The translations under genes were made by a program, and so were the position numbers. Shown here in pieces: positions 47,354-54,685 of a stretch of 57,434 nt of DNA (within the stretch, counting starts at the first letter, position 1; each line of letters opens with the position of its first letter). The stretch is from assembly GCA_964631745.1 (NCBI GenBank), contig CAZVWV010000003.1, positions 1-57,434 of the forward strand, in the 5' to 3' direction. This stretch comes from an uncultured Bdellovibrionales bacterium. GTDB lineage: Bacteria; Bdellovibrionota_C; UBA2361; JBGSMV01. A model generated the notes under the pieces. It did no database searches and was not told the DNA's origin. It saw only the letters and a program-made list of their open reading frames with translations.

Positions 47354-47422
47354 CGCACCCGGATCACAGTAAGACTTTTATAATAGACAAAATACCTGTT
47401 TTTAGCCATTATAAATATATTA

Positions 47423-48655
47423 ATGGATAACCTTCTCCAAACACTTCACCTACAGAGCTTAGAAAAGGAACGCCTGCTCGGTTTGACGGTTTTTGAAAGG
47501 CATGTAAAGCCTAACTTTATAAAGCTGCTGCCACTAAACCTAATTAAAGTAATTCTAGGGCCACGCCGTTCGGGTAAATCGACTCTAGCCATAGATGCGT
47601 TGCGCACGACTGACTTTTTCTATCTGAACTTTGAAGATGAAAATCTAATTAATATAAATGGCGATGATCTGATCAAGGCGATCGATCGAGAATATAACAA
47701 TCCGAAACTCCTGCTCTTAGATGAAATTCAAAACTTTGCCCATTGGGAGATGTTTTTAAATAAGCTCCAGCGTCGTGGCAAGAACCTAGTAATTACAGGC
47801 TCTAATTCCAAGCTTTTGTCTGGGGAAATGGCTACTTCATTAGGTGGTCGAACGCTAAATTTTGAGGTCCTACCTTTTGGCTTTAAAGAGATTGGTGGCG
47901 TCTGGGAAAATAAGATGCCCAAATCTGAAATCCTTAAGACATTTTTGATTAATGGAGGATTTCCTGAATTCGCCACCAACTTTCCAAATATTCCGAGTGT
48001 CTATCTAAAGAACCTGCTCGACACGACATTGCTTAAGGATGTGATCAACCGACACAAAATCAGAAAGACCACCGATATAGCCGATTTTCTAGCACTACTT
48101 ATAACTTCGATGTCATGCCCGTTTACCTTAAACAGCGCCAGAAAGGGCCTAGTGGGTGCAACCAGTCCCACCACCTTGAAAAAATATTTCGGCTTTCTGG
48201 AGGAAGCCTATATTGTGTTTCAACTCCAACGGTTTTCGTTTAAGACTAAAGAGCGAATCAACGCCCCGCGCAAGATTTATGTGATTGACAATGGTTTAGT
48301 GGTCGCAAAACTTGGCAATTGGTTTGGTTTGGAAACTAGATTATTTGAAAATCTGGCTTTTCTTGAAATTTATCGCCAAGGCTTGACACCAAATTTAGAC
48401 TTATTCTATTACCAGACTAAAAACAATCGCGAGATAGATTTCATTATAAAAGAGGGCAACAAAATTAAGAAGCTAATTCAAATTAGCTTTGATATCAGCG
48501 CACCAACTACCAAGGAGCGCGAATTCGACGCGCTAATTGAAGCATCGCAGGAGTTAGCTTGCGACGATTTAGTAGTCGTAACTTTCGCTGACAAGCGAGT
48601 CGAGTCGTACCACGGCAAGACGATTAAGGTCATCGGTATAGACGACCTGGCCTGA
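47423..48655 (+). CDS. AAA+ ATPase with DUF4143, copy 4
   Basis: GPRRSGKS, LDEIQ, TGSN, GGFPE, KIYVIDNG, EIDF...IQIS variant. Confidence 0.88.
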   Translation: MDNLLQTLHLQSLEKERLLGLTVFERHVKPNFIKLLPLNLIKVILGPRRSGKSTLAIDALRTTDFFYLNFEDENLININGDDLIKAIDREYNNPKLLLLDEIQNFAHWEMFLNKLQRRGKNLVITGSNSKLLSGEMATSLGGRTLNFEVLPFGFKEIGGVWENKMPKSEILKTFLINGGFPEFATNFPNIPSVYLKNLLDTTLLKDVINRHKIRKTTDIADFLALLITSMSCPFTLNSARKGLVGATSPTTLKKYFGFLEEAYIVFQLQRFSFKTKERINAPRKIYVIDNGLVVAKLGNWFGLETRLFENLAFLEIYRQGLTPNLDLFYYQTKNNREIDFIIKEGNKIKKLIQISFDISAPTTKEREFDALIEASQELACDDLVVVTFADKRVESYHGKTIKVIGIDDLA

Positions 48656-48738
48656 CTATCGCAGGCCTTCAGTCCGGCCCTGAGCGTAGATCCGAATCTA
48701 GAAAGGTTAGCCTTCCTGAAGGATGCCGAAATGGTTGT

Positions 48739-50310
48739 CTAAGTAGACTGCGGCGAGAGAGCCAGGGCTACCTCGATAAATTGCACAACGGCGCGCGGGT
48801 TGTTAAACCCCATGCAAACCCGGCCTGGAACGCTATGCGAAGAGGGGGCGGGTGCAAATTCAGGGAAACGCGGCGTTTCTGGTGGCGGATATAAATCATT
48901 GCCGCCCAGAAGGATTCCTGCATTTTGCAGAGCTTCCTTTGAGTTTGCATCTGGAAGATCGACCGCGATCTTATAGCTCGGTGTGGCAGATAAACTATCT
49001 GCAGAGAAAGTAAATTTAATACCAGAGCTTTCATCTCGCGCGCTAAATGAAGTGCGCTTACCATCGAGTGCTAAACCGAAACCCATGGCGTGTAAGCGAT
49101 TCGCAATCTCCGACGAGATTGGCCCGACCGGCATGCCAGCGTCCGGAGTTAATCCGTGACGCCGCAGGGCTGCTTCTTCGTGCGAAAATTTGCTTGATGC
49201 AGCTTGGAAAGAGATCGCTTGCAGCGTGAGCTTAAAACGCTCTGCAACCGCACACCAGAACTCAGCGCCGTTTGCAACTATTTTTGGCAAGCGCTCGATC
49301 GTTCCGCCAGGGGGACATATTGGAAACTCAAGGTCAAATGAGCCGATCTTGAAGCCATCGCCACCCCTATCAAAGTTTGGAACTGTAGTGCTAATCGCAA
49401 ACGAGCGGTCGTTCGAGGTGGCACAGAGTACATAGTCTGCCGCTTTATCATCCCCGGTTTGAGACCGCGAAATTAATACATCCCCTTGAAAATTAACCCT
49501 AAACCCCATATCTCGTGAGCCACTTGAAACTATACAGTTGCGCAGCAACCAGGCCTCCGTACCCGCCTGTAAACCCTTCTTATCCCCAATTTCTCCAGAA
49601 TAGCGAGAGACGGACCTAAAAGGATCGAAAGGGTCAAAGGTCGGAATAGCAATGGAGACGCCAGCAGGAGCAAATCCACGCTCAATGCGCTGCATCCAGT
49701 CTTCGTGGGCCCATCTCGGATTTACCGAAACACAAATAGGCAAATATGGCTTTGCAAATCCTTCACCCTTGCACAGGACAGCCTTGGTACTAGGTTCGAG
49801 ATCTATCCCTTGAAGCGTTGCCAAGCTTTCAATACGCTTAACAGAATAAGCAGCGCTAAGCCCCACTTCTTCCTTCTGTAGATGATACACTTGACCGTAG
49901 CACTGAAACGATACTCGACTAGTTTCCGGCGCGTTAGAGGCATCAGCGACAAATCGCAACGGTTCAATCTCGAAGCCGTGATACTTTTGTATCCCGTCAT
50001 ATTCCTCAAGCCCACGAATCAAAGCCCCATGGGCGCAAGAGACCTCAGAGATATTTCCTGAGCGCTCGCTAATTCGTATTTTGATTGGCCCGTGAACAAC
50101 CATTGTCCGATTGGGATGGCCGCTTACCGTAATAGAGCTATTCGCTTTCAAGTTCTCAAGGAGATCGCCTGGCGCCGTTGCCTGAACAAATGTCAAGTCG
50201 CGATAATCCAAAATCCGTTCAAGTGCTGGATCAAGCGCAGCCCGAGGTGGCTGGCTGGGTTGGCTGCCAGAGGCAGGCTCTCTGCCCGGCCCGGAATCAA
50301 AACTTGTCAT
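48739..50310 (-). CDS. Hypothetical protein (523 aa)
   Basis: Long ATG ORF with a disordered Pro/Ser N-terminal tail; no motif. Confidence 0.75.
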   Translation of the reverse strand: MTSFDSGPGREPASGSQPSQPPRAALDPALERILDYRDLTFVQATAPGDLLENLKANSSITVSGHPNRTMVVHGPIKIRISERSGNISEVSCAHGALIRGLEEYDGIQKYHGFEIEPLRFVADASNAPETSRVSFQCYGQVYHLQKEEVGLSAAYSVKRIESLATLQGIDLEPSTKAVLCKGEGFAKPYLPICVSVNPRWAHEDWMQRIERGFAPAGVSIAIPTFDPFDPFRSVSRYSGEIGDKKGLQAGTEAWLLRNCIVSSGSRDMGFRVNFQGDVLISRSQTGDDKAADYVLCATSNDRSFAISTTVPNFDRGGDGFKIGSFDLEFPICPPGGTIERLPKIVANGAEFWCAVAERFKLTLQAISFQAASSKFSHEEAALRRHGLTPDAGMPVGPISSEIANRLHAMGFGLALDGKRTSFSARDESSGIKFTFSADSLSATPSYKIAVDLPDANSKEALQNAGILLGGNDLYPPPETPRFPEFAPAPSSHSVPGRVCMGFNNPRAVVQFIEVALALSPQST

Positions 50311-50739
50311 GCTCGTAGACCTTTCAAATATTTACTAGCTATCTAGTTATGCCGCAAATCTCGAAAATGTGACTAATTTTCAAAATATTCCCAGTGTTTA
50401 AGTTTGGCTCTTACCGCACACCTTCCAAGCCACTCCTATAACGCTTTTAAGGTGCGTTTGAAAGAGTTAGCTGGGGTCAGCTAAATGCTCAAAAACTCCG
50501 AGCGAAGCCGCCACCGTTTCGCAATTATCCGTACGCTACACCAAGGAGCGCTTGCCGCAGCGCGGCAGACCCTGCCGATCACAACGGAGGAACATGTTAT
50601 TCATGAACCGTGCCGTATTTTCCTCTCGCCCGGAGCCTTAGAGCGACCATAAATTTTTGACTCAGTTCTCGAATCCGATTAATATCCTTAGGGATTTAAA
50701 TCTCTGAATCTCAAGTCTTTGTAGTTTGCAGTACAGCCC

Positions 50740-52404
50740 ATGAGAACTGGACCTAATAATCCTAGAAATATCCTCGAATTGGCGGCCTCCCCCGCGGTGC
50801 CAGATCGTATTTCCGTAGTTAAGCTTGAGCAACCAACCTTTTTGGTACCGGGCTCCGTGGAGCTACTGGGACTTTGCCATACGATTGACTGCCAAGCGGG
50901 CGCGGACCCTTTTCTGGACCCAGATCAATGGCCAATTAGTGAGGATGAAAAAGCAGGCTACCTAATAGCTATGGAGCGGGAGCGTGGGCGCTGGCAGGGA
51001 CATGATAAGGTTCGTGAGGCATTGGAAAGCTTGGATCAGTTGCTTTTAGAGGGCGCGACATCTCTCACGGTGTTGGGTGCTGCCGAAAGGGCTTTGAATG
51101 CAATTGCAGTTTACGAATCCAAGGTCCCTGGAAAATTCGGAATGGTACCGATACGAGCAGGACTAGACGAGCTTCAATTTATTGATGGAGTTTGCCGCGG
51201 ACGTGCGATTGAAGTGCCAATGCTACGCTACCTTGAATTCGCTAAAGCAGGGGAGCAAGATCTCGAACGGCTCCGTTTCTCAATGGTGACCGGTGTTTGC
51301 GCGGCGGCGCTCTCTTCACCGGACCCAAGTAATCCTCTTGGATTACTGCTACTTCAACTGCGTTCGCCTGAATTTAACTATCCGTACGGTGGCGTAGCGG
51401 GAGCCGGGATTGCAGGATATTTAAGTGTGGCGCGCGAGAAGGGCGGAAGAAGCGATCTGGAGCGGTATCTGCGAGAGCTTGATGGCGAACGAGAGGGGAT
51501 TCTTGATATCACTAATGATCTTGTCTTTGGGCACATAGGCCGAGAGGGCCGAGAAGAGATGGGCCTCCCAGCCAATACAATCGATAGAGTAAATTCGCGT
51601 ATTCTTGGCGTAGTAAAGGACCTCGCCGCGCCGCACTTTGAAATCGGAGTGGAAGTGCGCTTGCCATTCGAGTTCGCACGCCACGCTCGCATGGGAGCGC
51701 ATCATTCCTTGCGGCTTCTACGAGAGCGCCAACATCCCCACGATTTTGGCGAGCATTTTGTTGGTATCCCGCCCACCCCCCGTAATGTTCTAACCCTTGC
51801 GCAAAAGGGTCCACCCATGCCGCCGACCCATTTAGCTACTTATGTTATCTGGGCCTATACGCGGACGGCAGAGTTTGCTGGTGAGAAAGCTGCCAGAGGA
51901 TTTTTGAAAGACGCCGAAGAGGGCGCGCTATCTAATTTTGAAAACTTTCGACAATCAGTTGAGAAATTTTACCAAGATACGCCAGAAAAATACCTTCAGG
52001 TCGGTAAACACGATCGCTCCAAACTTACTCAGTTCCGGGCCCAGCAGATGACCGAGTCCAGGGGCGTGGAAGTTGATTTCATTTCAAAAATGGCGGAGAT
52101 CCCCGATGGGCATCACATCAAGGATGTCTGGGAATGGTTGCTTCAAGCGAAGCAAAGAGGCGTAGTTAAAGAATCTGAATTACAGGGCCACGCCGAAATC
52201 GCTTGGGCGATGTGGAACAAAGTAGTCCATTCCCCCAACCCTTATGGCGGGTATGATCCAAGGCGTATCCCGGAGGAGCAGGGACTCCTTCCTCAACGAG
52301 AAGCCATCGAGTGCTTAGTTGACGAATTTAACCAGGGCAACCAAGGTCGCTTCGACTGGGGCACTGTCGAGCTCATGAAAGAAGAAGCAGTCAAGCTCGC
52401 CTGA
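50740..52404 (+). CDS. Hypothetical protein with a divergent Nudix-like domain (554 aa)
   Basis: LLLLQLRS strand and REGREEMGL (51541-51567) matching the REUxEExGU half of the Nudix box. Confidence 0.65.
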   Translation: MRTGPNNPRNILELAASPAVPDRISVVKLEQPTFLVPGSVELLGLCHTIDCQAGADPFLDPDQWPISEDEKAGYLIAMERERGRWQGHDKVREALESLDQLLLEGATSLTVLGAAERALNAIAVYESKVPGKFGMVPIRAGLDELQFIDGVCRGRAIEVPMLRYLEFAKAGEQDLERLRFSMVTGVCAAALSSPDPSNPLGLLLLQLRSPEFNYPYGGVAGAGIAGYLSVAREKGGRSDLERYLRELDGEREGILDITNDLVFGHIGREGREEMGLPANTIDRVNSRILGVVKDLAAPHFEIGVEVRLPFEFARHARMGAHHSLRLLRERQHPHDFGEHFVGIPPTPRNVLTLAQKGPPMPPTHLATYVIWAYTRTAEFAGEKAARGFLKDAEEGALSNFENFRQSVEKFYQDTPEKYLQVGKHDRSKLTQFRAQQMTESRGVEVDFISKMAEIPDGHHIKDVWEWLLQAKQRGVVKESELQGHAEIAWAMWNKVVHSPNPYGGYDPRRIPEEQGLLPQREAIECLVDEFNQGNQGRFDWGTVELMKEEAVKLA

Positions 52405-52472
52405 CGGGCTGGAGAAAGTTTTGAGAGAAAGTCTCTAGAAATACTTAGAATTATCTAAATTTTTGATATTTG

Positions 52473-52664
52473 CTAAAACGCGCTTGGTCTCTGAGGCGAA
52501 AAGTATTGGGTATCCCGATATTCAAACGCAGTATAAATGAAAGTAATGTTAGGGTGGCGTAGGAAAGCAAGGTGCGCCAGTTCTTTTAACCAGCCGTTCT
52601 TGACCTGCTCATATGTTTTGCTCTGTGGAAGAAATACTTTGGTTGTATTGGGCGTTCGAGTTGA
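52473..52664 (-). pseudogene. Ser/Thr protein kinase fragment (subdomains II-V)
   Basis: Start-less frame between stops: KVFLPQSKTYEQVKNGWLKELAHLAFLRHPNITFIYTAFEYRDTQYF. Confidence 0.55.
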
Positions 52665-52701
52665 TTATCTAAATTGGTATTCATAATTCGTATCCGTTCA
52701 C

Positions 52702-52869
52702 GGGGCACAAAGATCGCGAGGAACTGAAAGGTCTATACAGCCCCTATTAAGGGGCCGATTTGTACTCAAATCGGGGGTGGAAAAAACTAACCGTCAAAGG
52801 AGGCTGACGCGAAACGTTGAGCGTCAGATTCCTCTTTATGCAGAAAAACAGTAAACCCGATCAGGGTTT
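52702..52869. other. Hairpin-dense intergenic segment, candidate structured RNA
   Basis: Four or five adjacent stems, including mutually exclusive GGGGC/GCCCC pairings; no known family recognised. Confidence 0.3.
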
Positions 52870-53084
52870 TCCATCCGAACCGGCAGAATTACCGCGTTAT
52901 AACTAACTGATCTCACCCCACTTTATCACCCCCTGAACGGTTACCATAATTCCTGGAATCACAAATGCTTAAATTGGCCATAAGGCTCGGATAGTCTTAT
53001 GTTTTTCAATAAATAGCCACTTGAGCTCTCTTTAAGATTGCTACAATATGTATCATATGTTACACTCATATGTAAAAAAAATCG

Positions 53085-53504
53085 ATGTCTAGGCCTACCC
53101 TTAAGGAACTGGACAAGAAGCTTCGTGAAGCGCGGCGAATTCTGACTGATGAACCGTCTGCTGTTGTGATCATTGATCGACTAAAGTGGACTGCGGAGTG
53201 GGAGAGGCTGCTGAGGTACATAGCGCTCCCACCGGAATGTGGAGCGCTATGGGAAGACAAACTAAAGATCGTTCTTGTCTGTTTTGCAGAAATGAAAGCC
53301 GCAGATCACTTCTGGCGTGGGCACAGGTCTTTTTGTGTAGAGCGTGGATTTGAGAGCGTTGAGCTGTGGGAATTTAAGTGGGTGTCGAGCGCTTGGAATG
53401 GGAAGAAATTGTACACTAAATTTGGTTTTAAAAACGGCAAGCTTTGCTTTCTTTCCTTTCACCCAGATGAGCCGGAAAGAAGCAAAGTACGAAAAGCGCC
53501 TTAG
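53085..53504 (+). CDS. Putative RelE/MqsR-superfamily toxin
   Basis: C-terminal LWEF...LYTKF...LCFLSFH pattern; first gene of a two-gene operon with an antitoxin. Confidence 0.65.
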   Translation: MSRPTLKELDKKLREARRILTDEPSAVVIIDRLKWTAEWERLLRYIALPPECGALWEDKLKIVLVCFAEMKAADHFWRGHRSFCVERGFESVELWEFKWVSSAWNGKKLYTKFGFKNGKLCFLSFHPDEPERSKVRKAP

Positions 53505-53530
53505 GTTTTGGCGATATTAGGAGGAATGTT

Positions 53531-54454
53531 ATGGTTGAGGCAAAAAACGAAGGACGCGAGCAGTGCATTCGCTGCGACGAATATGCCGCGCAGCGGAAGC
53601 CTAGTTTGAAGTTTATCGCCAAGGTGAATGGCGAGGTGGTCGACTACTGCGCGCCAGGGTGGCTCTGCGAAAGTTGCGGTAATATTTGGAGCACGGCTGC
53701 CGATGAAGATGAGCATGTGCGACTTTCTGCCGAGGCCTATAGAAAAGAGCACTTGCTGTTGACTGCCGCCGAAATGGAAGAGAAACGAGCAATGATGGGC
53801 CTAACTAAGTCTGCCTTCACAAACATGTTAGGGGTGCCGCGGGTTACTTACGATAGGTGGCTAAAAGGTATCGTTCAGGGAGAAGCGATGGACCAAGCCC
53901 TTCGCGCCAAGCTAGATGAGCGAGCAGCTTTATTTAACAGTCTTCGACTCACCGCGCAGCGATTTGCGGAACTTCCAAGTAATCTTCGTGGGAATACGCG
54001 CCCCAACCTTACCGCGCTCTATTCGATGATTCATTTCTTCGTGACGCAGCGAGAAGAGAAGGAGATAGGAGAACTCTACCTAAACAAGCTGTGTTGGTAT
54101 GCAGATCAAATCGCGTTTATCGACCGCGGACAGAGTATTAGCGGCTGGCCATATGTATGCTTACAATTTGGCCCAGTGATCTCGAGTTACGATCAAGTAT
54201 TCCGTTCGATGATTTTAGCGGGCTACTTAACGGAAGCGGCAGCCCACAATTTTGAATTAGGGGAGTGTGCACATGAGCTTCCAAAGTTGGAAAATTCAGA
54301 GCGTGATTTTCTTCAGCAGGTCTGGAAAGCTTTTGGACATCGCCTTAAGAAATTATTAAAGCACAGCCACGATGAAGTTGCCTGGCAGAAAACCGCAGCA
54401 TTTCAGGAAATTGATTTTAGTCTTTCAAAGCGGCTCTTGGGAATGAGGAAGTAA
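53531..54454 (+). CDS. Antitoxin: MqsA-like Zn ribbon + HTH + DUF4065 (Panacea/SocA)
   Basis: CIRC...CESC, LTKSAFTNMLGVPRVTYDRW HTH, LNKLCWYAD...GQSISG..Y..LQFGPV; SD AGGAGG at 53519-53524. Confidence 0.85.
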   Translation: MVEAKNEGREQCIRCDEYAAQRKPSLKFIAKVNGEVVDYCAPGWLCESCGNIWSTAADEDEHVRLSAEAYRKEHLLLTAAEMEEKRAMMGLTKSAFTNMLGVPRVTYDRWLKGIVQGEAMDQALRAKLDERAALFNSLRLTAQRFAELPSNLRGNTRPNLTALYSMIHFFVTQREEKEIGELYLNKLCWYADQIAFIDRGQSISGWPYVCLQFGPVISSYDQVFRSMILAGYLTEAAAHNFELGECAHELPKLENSERDFLQQVWKAFGHRLKKLLKHSHDEVAWQKTAAFQEIDFSLSKRLLGMRK

Positions 54455-54685
54455 AAAGCTGACATTGAATCGATTGATTTTTCCTGACATTACGCCCTAG
54501 ATAGATCTCCACAGAAGAATAAGCCCAAGAACGTGTCATTACATATTGGAAGATGGCAAAAGGTTAGAGAGTAACGGCATACAAGGCGGGAATTGCCCTG
54601 ACGGAAATCGCCGCTTTCCTTAGCCAAACACTCATTAAGTCACAACTCTTATTAGAACCGCCATAATTTGGAAGGAACGACAAAT

